Positions 33,629 through 43,875 of a stretch of 51,962 nt of DNA are shown piece after piece; within the stretch, counting starts at the first letter, position 1, and each line of letters starts with the position of its first letter. Origin of the DNA: a virus (lineage: Duplodnaviria; Caudoviricetes); IMG/VR virus record IMGVR_UViG_3300048861_000006, positions 1 to 51,962 of that record, one strand, 5' to 3'. The position numbers were made by a program, and so were the translations under genes. The notes beneath the pieces are model-generated. The model saw only the letters and a list, made by a program, of their open reading frames with translations. It ran no database searches and had not been told where the DNA came from.

Positions 33629-35959
33629 CTACGTAATCTGGTTGACATTCACTGCGATATTCCATCCGAGAATCTGGCAATCCTTCCCTGCCTCTGTCTC
33701 AAAGTAGAGAGCGAAAGCTTTACCACGTCCTCTTACTTTGCTCTTGGAGGTGATGACTGAGAAGCCAGTGTTATATGTGTCACTGATGCTCTCAGAGAAA
33801 CGAACCTTCCTGTACCTATACGTCTGAACCAGTGGACTCCATTTATTGCTGTCGATCTGATTAGCGTAGTTCCATTGAGAACGCATAAGGCAGCTAGATT
33901 GATTGGTTGGCTCTAGGTTGCCATCAACACCACTCTCAGTGCGCACAAAGTTCATGGTGAGGTAGGGGGTTTGCTTATCTACAGAACTGTCTCCACCTGT
34001 AGATGCTCCTGTTAAACAATAGGCTTGAGCATCTACGCCTACCCCATCAACCGTGTACCAGTCTAGGAATGAAGTGTTGTAGTAGTAGGAGACAGTGACA
34101 TACAGCATTCCATTCACATTAACCATCACGAAATACCGAAGGTATTGTTGTGAATCGGTTCTGGTAGCTACATCGCTAAGAACTTGATCTGAATCCACGT
34201 ACACAAGATCAGAATCTACATACACTCCCAAACTAGAACCTGTAGAGATATATGTTTGCGATTGGAAGATGCCGCTAATCTCTGCGATATTGTTAGTTGC
34301 ATTCATGATGCTGTTGCAGGTAAATACTCCTAGTGCAGAATCGAACACAAGTTCCTTCGTTACACTAGACGCATCAAACAAACTACCTTGCTTATAAATC
34401 CACCGAATCTTCTTATTGATGATGTCATAGCCACCGAATGCTGATTGCTTGGACAGATTGGGAATAGCTTGGTAGAAGGTCTGGATTGTCGTCAGCGTCA
34501 TGTTGGTAACACCCAAATCGCCAAATTGATCCTTAGCAATCTTGTAGATACCATCATTCGCCCAGTAGTAACACACATCCCCTTCAAGAACAATCGAGTG
34601 TGCAGATGTGCCACCGAAGGAAGAAAGCCTATCCAGTTTGTAGCTAGTCGCTGTGAAGCCAGAACTCTGCGTACCACCTGTAAGCGCCCATACGCCGTTC
34701 TCTGCGATGATGACAAGGTTGATACCCATCGAGTACATACCGATGATGTTCTGTGCCCCAGCGATCTTTACGAAGCCCCCGTCGGTATCTACAAGATCAG
34801 AAGTATCTCTAGAAGTAGGATCACCATCTTGATAACACTTGTTGATGTCTTGCTTGTTCTTGATGAGTTGAGAGAAGAACACGTAGTTGGCATAGTTTGG
34901 AGAGCGCTTGTCACCACCAATCACTTCCCCACGAAAACCAGAGAAGAACACGCGTCCTGCAAACTGAGCTACACAGGTGGGTCCATAAGGAGTGTAGTCA
35001 GTTGGGAATGCCAGAGACATCGCCATCAACGGATACTTGTTTGAGTTCTGTATTACTGCGTCACCACGGCCTTGACCACGACGAAGGGCATCGATAATGA
35101 AATAGCCCTTTGCGGAACTAAAGCTAGAACCTAACACTTCGTCATATAGGTTACGATACATGCGCTCAAACGGCTGCTGACTAGTGGCAACTGACTGAAA
35201 CTGCAATCCAGCCCATATTTGTTCAGCATTGCTTGGAACAATGTAATTGATGCTGTTGTTAGGTCCAGTAGTGCCATCCGGCTTGGCAGCATAGAAGTAG
35301 GTGATTGGATTCCACAGTGCAGCATCAACACCCTTACGAGGAATGCCCCAAGATTGGTTCATCAGGTTGTATCGGTGCTGGGTGTTATCCACACCTCTGT
35401 ACGTAGCGTCTGTCTCAAACCCAGCATCAACCGTTTCTTCGATACCCCACAAGTCACGAATTAGAATTCGCTCATATGTTAAAGTGAACCCAGTTGATGC
35501 ATCATATTCAACCACTGCAAAGCTTTCCGTACCTGACGCAATAACCAAGATGCCTTCAATGTCAGTGATGGAGAAATTAACATCAGTGGGAAATTGCGAT
35601 ACGGTGATTTGACCAGCAAGTCCAGTTCCTGTAACAGCAGTTTGATCTACATTGAAGAACAGGATATTGTTGCTGATTTGAAGAACTGCGAAGTTGGAAT
35701 CAGGATTACCACCTGCTGCTGTCCACTTGTACGAGGAGTAACCAACACTGCCCAGTTGACTGTAAGACAAGCCAGTTGGAATGAGTTGGTATCCCGGTTC
35801 ATAGTCCATACCGAATCGGCGCTTACGTGCACCCGTACGGTAAAGCTCAAAGTTCACTTCATCTGCTGACGCATTAGGAGGGAAGTTGAGAGGACTTGCT
35901 TCAGTGATAAGCCCGCCAACGAACGTATTAACTTCTGCTCTTTGGCTTTGCTTGGGCAT
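33629..35959 (-). CDS. Tail tubular protein B (nozzle)
   Basis: 776 aa, beta-propeller-like, N-terminal FVGGL; follows the adaptor gene. Confidence 0.82.
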   Translation of the reverse strand: MPKQSQRAEVNTFVGGLITEASPLNFPPNASADEVNFELYRTGARKRRFGMDYEPGYQLIPTGLSYSQLGSVGYSSYKWTAAGGNPDSNFAVLQISNNILFFNVDQTAVTGTGLAGQITVSQFPTDVNFSITDIEGILVIASGTESFAVVEYDASTGFTLTYERILIRDLWGIEETVDAGFETDATYRGVDNTQHRYNLMNQSWGIPRKGVDAALWNPITYFYAAKPDGTTGPNNSINYIVPSNAEQIWAGLQFQSVATSQQPFERMYRNLYDEVLGSSFSSAKGYFIIDALRRGQGRGDAVIQNSNKYPLMAMSLAFPTDYTPYGPTCVAQFAGRVFFSGFRGEVIGGDKRSPNYANYVFFSQLIKNKQDINKCYQDGDPTSRDTSDLVDTDGGFVKIAGAQNIIGMYSMGINLVIIAENGVWALTGGTQSSGFTATSYKLDRLSSFGGTSAHSIVLEGDVCYYWANDGIYKIAKDQFGDLGVTNMTLTTIQTFYQAIPNLSKQSAFGGYDIINKKIRWIYKQGSLFDASSVTKELVFDSALGVFTCNSIMNATNNIAEISGIFQSQTYISTGSSLGVYVDSDLVYVDSDQVLSDVATRTDSQQYLRYFVMVNVNGMLYVTVSYYYNTSFLDWYTVDGVGVDAQAYCLTGASTGGDSSVDKQTPYLTMNFVRTESGVDGNLEPTNQSSCLMRSQWNYANQIDSNKWSPLVQTYRYRKVRFSESISDTYNTGFSVITSKSKVRGRGKAFALYFETEAGKDCQILGWNIAVNVNQIT

Positions 35960-36129
35960 TAGGCTACCTTGTCAGCAGTGTACATATCAATCATGCTCAT
36001 AGCCGTGCCACGATCAGTGAACAGCCCTTCAAGCAGCTTAGGAATCTTCCCAGCCTTACCATGATGGACAATGATGAGAGTACGGGGATTGCCCTTCTGC
36101 GGAATAATGTCGAAACCTTTGTATGTCAT
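35959..36129 (-). CDS. Small hypothetical protein, 56 aa
   Basis: ATG 36129 with SD AGGAG; overlaps both neighbours. Confidence 0.65.
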   Translation of the reverse strand: MTYKGFDIIPQKGNPRTLIIVHHGKAGKIPKLLEGLFTDRGTAMSMIDMYTADKVA

Positions 36130-36881
36130 TTGTGGCTCCTGCGCCCATAGTTTTGATAGCGAACTCCACCATGAGTACGCCAAGCTTTTCTAGAAAGCCA
36201 TTTCTGTTGTCGTTGTGCTTTAGCTTCTGCTTTCTGATTTGCCATCTGCTTAAGTACTAGGAATGCGGTACTCTTGGATTCTTCTACAAGCAGCGGGAAG
36301 GCTTCAGAAGGTAGGTCTGGTACTGCATCATCCTCATGGTCCCAAGAAGGCTCCATGTAGGCTATACACTGCGTCTTGGACGACTGCAAAGTGTCCTCGA
36401 TAGCTTTGGTGTATGAGTCACAGATGATGTACGTGTCATCAAACGAAGTCCAATACTTAGGTGCCCATCGAGTATCAATCAGTAGAGACAGACCGCTAGC
36501 GTCTTGAACTGTTACTATATTAGGATCATCGCTATTACGTGCAGACACATAACGAAGGAAATCATCAGGATACATATACTTAACATCCTGCATTTCCATA
36601 CGTGTTTCATCAGGACGCTGGGCGTTGTATCGGAAGAAGATGAGTTCTTTCATGTTCTCTGGAATCTTGAAGTGGGTTGGCTTTGATGTGTCAACCGAAC
36701 TATCCAGAGCAATCAGCTTACGAAGGTGCGGCCAATTACGATTTGCAATCAGTTCAAAATAGCAGCCTTTAACAACGGTAGCTACTTGCTGACTCTCAAT
36801 CGTATCATCGATACTATTCACTTCGTCACTGTCCATTTCATTCAAGATGTCTTGAACGATTTCAAGCAAGCTAAGTTTCAT
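36126..36881 (-). CDS. Tail tubular protein A (adaptor)
   Basis: MKLSLLEIVQDIL...VNSIDDT N-terminus typical of podovirus adaptors; position. Confidence 0.82.
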   Translation of the reverse strand: MKLSLLEIVQDILNEMDSDEVNSIDDTIESQQVATVVKGCYFELIANRNWPHLRKLIALDSSVDTSKPTHFKIPENMKELIFFRYNAQRPDETRMEMQDVKYMYPDDFLRYVSARNSDDPNIVTVQDASGLSLLIDTRWAPKYWTSFDDTYIICDSYTKAIEDTLQSSKTQCIAYMEPSWDHEDDAVPDLPSEAFPLLVEESKSTAFLVLKQMANQKAEAKAQRQQKWLSRKAWRTHGGVRYQNYGRRSHK

Positions 36882-37561
36882 TAGGAAGCTTTCACAAGTT
36901 GGATAGAGAAGTGGAAGTCACTGAACACCAAGCTACCAGCGCCCGTAGAAGCTACATATGCCTGTAAGTAGTCGTTGGCATTAAGGGATACCAATCCAAA
37001 GCCAGAGAGGTTACGTGCATCCGTAGTGGCAGTGGCATTAGCCATTGGATGCTTGGTGGAAAACGTAGCGCCATTGATGCGATGCTTGATTGCAATCTTT
37101 GAAGTGGCAGTAGGAAATTGAGAAATATTCACCCAGTACTCAACGCGATAGACACCCGTAACAGGAGCAATCAGTTGATTCGTACTGAATGTGGTATTTA
37201 GATTAACTGAGCCAGCAGCCCAAGGTGCTCCAGTGCCAGTGATGAGAACGTAATCGGTATTGCTATTGAGAGAAGTGTCTACAGCAGCAGTTACAGTGAA
37301 TGCGTTGGTGTTGTTGACAATCTCCATTACACCGTATGCGTTATCTGTCTTGAACTGGAATCCACTAGCACCATTAGACAATACTCTTAGATTGGAACTG
37401 CCACCATCCCCAGCAAGGCCACTCAGAATCGTTGAGTCGGTTTTCTTCCATACACCTGAGCCTGCCCCATTGGAAACATAAACCGTCCCGCTAGAAGCCG
37501 TGCTAATACCCTTAGGCTCGTGAATCTTCCCATCAGGAATGTTCGCATGTTGAATCGTCAT
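36881..37561 (-). CDS. Virion fibre-like structural protein (C-terminal C1q/BclA-like beta sandwich)
   Basis: HEPKG N-terminus; APVTGVYRV...LNANDYLQAY pattern. Confidence 0.6.
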   Translation of the reverse strand: MTIQHANIPDGKIHEPKGISTASSGTVYVSNGAGSGVWKKTDSTILSGLAGDGGSSNLRVLSNGASGFQFKTDNAYGVMEIVNNTNAFTVTAAVDTSLNSNTDYVLITGTGAPWAAGSVNLNTTFSTNQLIAPVTGVYRVEYWVNISQFPTATSKIAIKHRINGATFSTKHPMANATATTDARNLSGFGLVSLNANDYLQAYVASTGAGSLVFSDFHFSIQLVKAS

Positions 37562-37576
37562 TTAATTCCTTTAGAT

Positions 37577-37615
37577 AAAAGAAAAGGGACTAGAAGCTTT
37601 TGGCCTCTAGCCCCT
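37577..37615 (-). terminator. Intrinsic terminator after the capsid/decoration genes
   Basis: AGGGGCTAGAGG/CTTCTAGTCCCT stem followed by TTTCTTTT on the - strand. Confidence 0.85.
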
Positions 37616-37620
37616 GTCTA

Positions 37621-38121
37621 TTAATTCACTGCGCCCAGCGTACGATTCTTGTAGATGTAGCTGATAACCAGCGAAGCCTTGCCAACACCCGAGGTAACTG
37701 CCGGGGTCGTGCCCGTAAGAGCAATCGTGACCTTTTCATTAGCAGTCGTGCCAGTCGTGGAAGCCGTAGCCCACGTACCAGCAAGTGCTGCGGTAAGATC
37801 AATCGAAGCTGCTGCACTAAGGTTAGCGGCCGAAATCGCTACGCCATTAGTTGCAGGAGCCGCGCCACCAACGGCAAGACCCGGAGTCGTACCTGTAAGC
37901 GTGAACGGCTGATGCACAACAAGCGTTGCACGAGTGAACTTCGCACCAGTCGGAATCACATTCGGAGGAAGGAACAAACTATCTGCCAGAGACGTGCCCG
38001 AGAACTCAAGAGAGAGTTCATGCGAGGAGTTTTGAGAATGGTCAGTGCCAACCGAATTGCCCGTACTACGCGGGCCATACTGGTTGTACACATTAATACC
38101 TGCTTGATTAACGTAAGGCAT
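37621..38121 (-). CDS. Putative capsid decoration protein
   Basis: Ala/Thr/Gly-rich 166 aa directly after the major capsid gene, inside the same terminator. Confidence 0.65.
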   Translation of the reverse strand: MPYVNQAGINVYNQYGPRSTGNSVGTDHSQNSSHELSLEFSGTSLADSLFLPPNVIPTGAKFTRATLVVHQPFTLTGTTPGLAVGGAAPATNGVAISAANLSAAASIDLTAALAGTWATASTTGTTANEKVTIALTGTTPAVTSGVGKASLVISYIYKNRTLGAVN

Positions 38122-38138
38122 TTATTTAATTTTCCTTA

Positions 38139-39083
38139 TTAGGCAATAGCCGTAGCCGAAGTGATGAGAACACCCAACGTGTCAACACGCTGCGTACCAA
38201 AGCCCCAACGGCACGAGGTAACAAACTCGTCACGACGCAGGTCTTTATTACGCTCACCTTCAACCTTGGGCATACGACGCCATGCAGCCATAATAGGCTT
38301 GGTGTTGTCATCGGCCAGCGACATGAAGATGTTGGCTACACCATTGGTGATGGAAGTCGTACCATCCGAATACGTGCCCTTCGGCAGACGATTCGAAGTG
38401 ATGATGTTCCAGCCATACAGGTTCATCAGGAATTCATGTTCCTTGTTGAAACCATTCTCAAGGATTTGTTCAGCAAACGGGGTAGCATTCGATACAATCG
38501 TCACCAGACCCGACAGAGTTGCAGCAACAACCGGATCACAGATGAGGATACGGCCAGCAGCCGGGACGTTAGCCTTGTCGAATGCAAGCTTCATCGCAAT
38601 CAGATGCGAAAGCTGGAAAATGCCATTCGTAGCAGCCGATGCAATACGGTGAGCAAAGCCATTAACCAGATTGGCATTAGCATTTGTTTGAGCCGAATTA
38701 CACTTGGCGAGGAAACGCGTTTCGAACACTTCCTGAATTGCACGAGTCGATTCTTGCGAGCGAGCGCTCATCAGGGCTTCAACCTGTGCGCCATCTTCAC
38801 GAAGCTCATCCGTCACATACCATGCATCACCAACGTAGTCAGTAATCGTCAGCGTCACTTCACCCGATTCAATCGGCGTGTAATCGAACGGAACTTCTTC
38901 AGCACCATCTTGAATCGTAACCGTACCAACCGTCTTAATATGCAGCGTACTGCCCGAACCGAAGTCCGATACGTTGCGGAAATACGATTCAGGCAACAGA
39001 CCGTCATGAAGGTTGCGAAGAATGAAAGCCGAGTACTGTTCGCTTTCAATAAAGGCAGTAGAGTTAAATCGATTTTGGGACAT
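38139..39083 (-). CDS. Major capsid protein
   Basis: 314 aa after scaffold; GSTLHIKTVG, FDKANVP..GR, WGFG pattern consistent with an HK97-fold podovirus capsid. Confidence 0.88.
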   Translation of the reverse strand: MSQNRFNSTAFIESEQYSAFILRNLHDGLLPESYFRNVSDFGSGSTLHIKTVGTVTIQDGAEEVPFDYTPIESGEVTLTITDYVGDAWYVTDELREDGAQVEALMSARSQESTRAIQEVFETRFLAKCNSAQTNANANLVNGFAHRIASAATNGIFQLSHLIAMKLAFDKANVPAAGRILICDPVVAATLSGLVTIVSNATPFAEQILENGFNKEHEFLMNLYGWNIITSNRLPKGTYSDGTTSITNGVANIFMSLADDNTKPIMAAWRRMPKVEGERNKDLRRDEFVTSCRWGFGTQRVDTLGVLITSATAIA

Positions 39084-39097
39084 TTATTATTGTTTTC

Positions 39098-39910
39098 CTA
39101 TTTTCCAAAATACTTGAAGTACACCTTCGGGTCTGTCAGGTCATGCACAGATGCGCCGCTTGCATGAATCTCATCAACCATTGCGCGAGCGCGTGCTGCT
39201 TCTTGATTGAGTTCACGAGTGGTAGCACCGATACGTGCCTTTTCTTTATTGCGACCAATGAAGGTATCTTGTTGAGGCTGAAATGCAGCCGTATTGACAG
39301 CACTCGGAGCAGGAGCAAATGTATTCGGCTTAAGAGCCGGTTGCTCTGAAACACCCAATGCTTTCAAAACTGCTTTGGGGGACTTAGCCGCGAATTCATT
39401 CATTTCAGCTACAGTAAGTCCTAGCTCTTGCGCAGCAGCGTTGTACTTAGCTTCAGCTTCAGCACCAAACTTATTCAGGAGTTGGGTAGCAACTTCTTTC
39501 TGATTTGCTTGGGCACGCTCAGCAACAGTTCGCTGTTCAAGAGTCTTATTCACTAAGTCTGCAATCGTGGTCGCATCTACAGTTGCTGAAGCAGGGTTAG
39601 CTGGTTCAGTACGAGATTGACGCGAAAGGAGTTCTTGTACAGTTCGTTCGAGTTCTGCTTGCTTATTAACGTCTACTTGCACCGTATTATATTTATTCTC
39701 TAGTTCGGCTTTCTCAGCCTTGAGTTGTGCAATGTACGCCTGAGCATGAGCAGCACCTTTCAGTGCATCCTCAATCGAGTTGTACTTCTGACTACCTTGC
39801 TCATTCACAATCATCCCAAGCAGGTTGGCGTAAGGATCAGGTGTCTGAGGATTTGCAGGATTGGCTGGTGTAGCCGGATTACCATTGTTAAAGATTGTGG
39901 GGTCGCTCAC
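39098..39910 (-). CDS. Scaffolding protein
   Basis: KYNSIEDALKG, coiled coil; between portal and capsid. Confidence 0.8.
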   Translation of the reverse strand: MSDPTIFNNGNPATPANPANPQTPDPYANLLGMIVNEQGSQKYNSIEDALKGAAHAQAYIAQLKAEKAELENKYNTVQVDVNKQAELERTVQELLSRQSRTEPANPASATVDATTIADLVNKTLEQRTVAERAQANQKEVATQLLNKFGAEAEAKYNAAAQELGLTVAEMNEFAAKSPKAVLKALGVSEQPALKPNTFAPAPSAVNTAAFQPQQDTFIGRNKEKARIGATTRELNQEAARARAMVDEIHASGASVHDLTDPKVYFKYFGK

Positions 39911-40014
39911 ATCTTTCCTTATTTTTTTTTATTGTTCTTATAGCTTCGTTATTTACAGCAGTTCACATAATTTCGTTCACTCACTCGTTAATAACTTAAC
40001 TCGCTCTTGCTGTT

Positions 40015-40043
40015 ATTTATCGGTTGAGACGCTAAAAAGTTAC
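40015..40043 (-). promoter_or_regulatory. Candidate late promoter GTAA-N16-CCGATAAAT
   Basis: Intergenic, upstream of the scaffold-capsid operon. Confidence 0.75.
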
Positions 40044-40052
40044 GAAAATAAA

Positions 40053-40394
40053 TTAAATAAATTTTGTAGTATTTTTGCTGCCCGGAGGGCGTCCACGTCT
40101 CTTAGGTTGTGGGGACGCGGACAGAGACTCAGCGACGTTGGTCGCTTCGCTTTCTGCCGATAAAAGAGAAATCACTTCTTGCATTGCTCTCTCATAACCT
40201 ACTGCGTCCGCTTGTAGATATGCCCAATTGGCAATACCGTATGAATCTTTACTGCGTACAATCTTGTTACTTGCGTTAATCTTCTCAGCAAGAATCAGGG
40301 ACAACTGACTGCGGAGAAAAGCGGCATGAGCAAACGTCTGCCGCATTTCATCCTTTTGTTGGTCAGTTAGGTTCTTAAACAGTGCTGTTTTCAT
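40053..40394 (-). CDS. Hypothetical protein with C-terminal AT-hook
   Basis: PKRRGRPPGSKN near the C-terminus. Confidence 0.75.
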   Translation of the reverse strand: MKTALFKNLTDQQKDEMRQTFAHAAFLRSQLSLILAEKINASNKIVRSKDSYGIANWAYLQADAVGYERAMQEVISLLSAESEATNVAESLSASPQPKRRGRPPGSKNTTKFI

Positions 40395-42268
40395 TACATC
40401 AACTTAGCGTTAGCTTTGGTTTGATCTAAACTCATACGAGCCACTACGTTGTCTTGCCCAGTAGCACCACCAGATGCAACAGGAGGTTGAGCTTGTTGAG
40501 CGGCCCCTTGCTGTGCAGCTACATTCTGTTCAGTCCCAAGATTCTCCTGAAGCTGGTTAATCAATCGTTGCTGTTCAGCTTGCTCAAAGAGAGCCTTATA
40601 TGGGCTGTACAACTGGAATCGATTTAGACCCAGTACATCCTCGATCAGACGGCTTAGCGCCACTGAACTAAGGTGTGGGGCAATGGTTTGCCCAATCGGG
40701 CTGTTCATGACCCCTGTGAGGTTCTGGAGGAGCTGGGCTTGTGCCGCGAAGTGTCGTGCCCCAATCGGACGAAGAACACCATTTGCCGTGATGTCATCCT
40801 TGGTGATTTGAACGAACTGAGTAACACCCAAATCGTTATCCATCACACGAACAACATCTTCAGCATCGAGATTACGGCGTGCCGTCTCAAGCATTGCATT
40901 CAGCAATGGCTCAAGCATTTCAATCTCAAACGTATTAATCTTCTCTTGGAAAATACGACCAGCAGCATTCTCAAGCTGTTGCACTTCAAAGGCAGTCTTT
41001 TCACCGGGAGTGCGAACCCCCATAGCCTCACGAGGAGCACCCGCATACTGCTCCATGCGTTGCTCTAATAGTTGGATAGCATTGTCAGCTTGGATGACCC
41101 ACTGAGCGTTCTTAGCGAGTTCTGTGACACTACCGCCTTCATCAATATGAATCTCCTCACCTGGACCGTAGACAAACTCCTCAACTTCACCAGCAATCAC
41201 CAGAGGAGGTAGAACAGCCAAGTCCATTGCATCGGCCTTCAGATTCTCTAGATGGTCAATCCGATATTGCATGCCAACCAGATTGTCTAGTGGACCCATC
41301 GACCAAATGTTGTCACTACGTCCACGCCAACCTACGTGATAAATAGGTGCACCACCAAACCAAGTAGGAAGCGGCTCATTCTGGATAACCCACATGCGGT
41401 CAATCACAGTAATAACACGGCCCTTCTCAAGTTCTTGGGTTTTCTCGTTGTACACATCCCCATAGAACTGAAGGAACTCAACGTAGTTGCTACCTAGATA
41501 CTCAGAGTAGTTACCAAAGCCATCCATGAGGAAGCCTTCAGCCTTGTCCGCTTCCTCGATACCATAGGCATTCATATGCGCCTTAAGGGCATCACGGTTC
41601 TCTAAGGCGTTTTTGAGATATGCATTGTCAGGCTCATCTTCTGCCATCTGTGCTAATTCACCAATGTTCCTAAGACTTCTAACAATCTTCCAACTGTCGG
41701 TAAATGAATTAGCAAGTGGATTAAAGACAATATCAAGAGGACTAATTCGCCTAGCTTTTGGCCCCACATAGTTAATCGCCTTATTGCCGTTGATATCCTC
41801 ACGGTAGGAGGCTTCATAGTCAACAGTAGCAAACACATTGCCGTAATCAATGAAGTCAAGAAGGAGCTTGCTCATTTCAGTACGGAAGTGGCCTTCACGA
41901 GTCTTATTACTCATGTAGCTTTCGATTGCTAGACGCTTCTGTTTAGTGGCGTCATCCTGTGTATATGCTTCCCATCGAAGCCAGTCATCATTCGGGAATA
42001 GGGCACTCAGATAGTTTGAATGCAGGTTGTCTCGAATCTGACAGAGCTTAGGAAGGGTAGTGGAGTTCTTCCAAGGAAGGGAACGATTAGAAGTGGTAGA
42101 GGTATCCGTAGCAAAGATATAGTTACGAAGCTCTTTCCATTCCTGAATCTTTGGATACATCTGTGTGTGATGTCGAAACCAAGTCATTGCGATATACTTC
42201 GCCATGCTGTCTTGGTTATACGACTCGGCGATATTAGCTTCGCCTACATTAAGAACTTTTTTAGCCAT
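40394..42268 (-). CDS. Portal protein
   Basis: 624 aa directly after terminase; RISPLDIVF, KTAFEV; Gln-rich tail. Confidence 0.88.
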   Translation of the reverse strand: MAKKVLNVGEANIAESYNQDSMAKYIAMTWFRHHTQMYPKIQEWKELRNYIFATDTSTTSNRSLPWKNSTTLPKLCQIRDNLHSNYLSALFPNDDWLRWEAYTQDDATKQKRLAIESYMSNKTREGHFRTEMSKLLLDFIDYGNVFATVDYEASYREDINGNKAINYVGPKARRISPLDIVFNPLANSFTDSWKIVRSLRNIGELAQMAEDEPDNAYLKNALENRDALKAHMNAYGIEEADKAEGFLMDGFGNYSEYLGSNYVEFLQFYGDVYNEKTQELEKGRVITVIDRMWVIQNEPLPTWFGGAPIYHVGWRGRSDNIWSMGPLDNLVGMQYRIDHLENLKADAMDLAVLPPLVIAGEVEEFVYGPGEEIHIDEGGSVTELAKNAQWVIQADNAIQLLEQRMEQYAGAPREAMGVRTPGEKTAFEVQQLENAAGRIFQEKINTFEIEMLEPLLNAMLETARRNLDAEDVVRVMDNDLGVTQFVQITKDDITANGVLRPIGARHFAAQAQLLQNLTGVMNSPIGQTIAPHLSSVALSRLIEDVLGLNRFQLYSPYKALFEQAEQQRLINQLQENLGTEQNVAAQQGAAQQAQPPVASGGATGQDNVVARMSLDQTKANAKLM

Positions 42269-42270
42269 AG

Positions 42271-43875
42271 TTACCTAAATGAGACCCCGCCGAAGCGCGA
42301 GCTTATTGGAATAATATTGTCTCTAGTCTTATTAAGCCCACCACGAGATTTGGGCTTTACAGCAATCATTACAGCCGATGCAAGGGCATCTTTGATGTCG
42401 TCATGGGCAGGTCTAGCCTGAATCAATTGCTCCTCTAGAACGTCCGTATAACCGCCCTTGAAGTGCCAGATGTGCCCATTCTCATATCGATGTTCAAGGG
42501 CAGAAGCAATACGTTCTTCCTTAGTACCTTCGCTACGGTTAGGACGGTATTCATCGATTGAGAGGGACAACCCTTGTTCACGAAGCTTATCTTTCAGGTC
42601 ACGAACAATCACTGTCTGTGCAACAGTAACTTCGGCTCTAAGCTTCTTGAATTCCCACTTGCTGTGGAGACGTGTTACCTCGTTGAAGTAATCAGAGATT
42701 TTGTCAGTTTTGAAACATGCAATATCAAGAACGTAAATAAAATTATCAGCATCGACACCGATAACCACAATGGCAGTGTCATCGCTTCGCTTGCCAACAG
42801 AGAAAGCGAAGTCAATAGAAGCATAGACATTTAGACGATTTCCCTTGAAGTACCAGTTGCCGTCTGACTGTTTGAGAAACTTACGTTCATAGTATTGGAA
42901 TTTGTCAGCACTGATTCGATTACTTCCGGGGTCATTAGGGTCGTTATAGTATTGAGAATAAAACTGAGTTCGGTCGCTGTACTCGGCCCTGATTCGGGAT
43001 AGCACTTGTGGATCGAATCCAAAAGCTTTGCCATCCTTGGGTCGGACAGTTCTAGGCCAGATAAAGATTCCATCAGTTTCAACCACATGCTCTTTAATCT
43101 CCCATACCTTACGTCGCTCAGTAATCAATCCTTCCTTGTCGTACACGTCATACTCTTGGGCTTTCCAAGTGGCGTACACATCATTCGGGTGATAACGAGT
43201 TCCGCAAGCAAGCGTAAACCCACCAGCATTACGAATAGATGTAAATTGACTGCTCTTTTTCGAAACGCTCTCACGACCATCCTCCGTATAAGCGTTCTCA
43301 GGAACTACCAAGTCATCTGCAATAACAATGTCTGCGTGCCAACCAGTAGTGTTGGTAGTCAGTCCAGCCGTATCAATCGTCGCATCCCGAATACCTTCCA
43401 GCTTGCGCTTCTCATGGTCAATAGAGATTGTCGTATTACTCCACTTCTCCCGCTTACCCTCTTGAGGATCAATGTATTCAGGGAAGTAGCGAGTAAAGAC
43501 AGTTGAGGCTAGGATGTTCTTGATTGCGTACAACTGGGTTTCTGCAAGGCCAGATGTAGCAGAGACATACAGGATAGTTACTTCGGGGTGTCGTACAATA
43601 ATCCATGCAGCCCATGTAGCCACCATATGAGACTTCAGGTGGGCACGAGGAAGCATGATTAGCTTATTGGCTGTCAGTTGGTCATCAAGACCAAATAGAC
43701 TGTAATCCTGCATCCACTTGAAACAAGCCTTGTGGATGTCGCCATATACATATCCAGGATTCATCAACTGGGCAAAGACATACAAGTCGTCTATTGCGAG
43801 TTGCCTGAGAGCTTTCGCATCCTCAGGCATTTTCTCCAGTTTTCGTTTGGCGTCAACTAGCCATTGTTCAGCCAT
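42271..43875 (-). CDS. terL: Terminase large subunit
   Basis: LIMLPRAHLKS Walker A, VIADD Walker B, GTRYH, SIDFA and HDDIKD nuclease motifs. Confidence 0.93.
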   Translation of the reverse strand: MAEQWLVDAKRKLEKMPEDAKALRQLAIDDLYVFAQLMNPGYVYGDIHKACFKWMQDYSLFGLDDQLTANKLIMLPRAHLKSHMVATWAAWIIVRHPEVTILYVSATSGLAETQLYAIKNILASTVFTRYFPEYIDPQEGKREKWSNTTISIDHEKRKLEGIRDATIDTAGLTTNTTGWHADIVIADDLVVPENAYTEDGRESVSKKSSQFTSIRNAGGFTLACGTRYHPNDVYATWKAQEYDVYDKEGLITERRKVWEIKEHVVETDGIFIWPRTVRPKDGKAFGFDPQVLSRIRAEYSDRTQFYSQYYNDPNDPGSNRISADKFQYYERKFLKQSDGNWYFKGNRLNVYASIDFAFSVGKRSDDTAIVVIGVDADNFIYVLDIACFKTDKISDYFNEVTRLHSKWEFKKLRAEVTVAQTVIVRDLKDKLREQGLSLSIDEYRPNRSEGTKEERIASALEHRYENGHIWHFKGGYTDVLEEQLIQARPAHDDIKDALASAVMIAVKPKSRGGLNKTRDNIIPISSRFGGVSFR

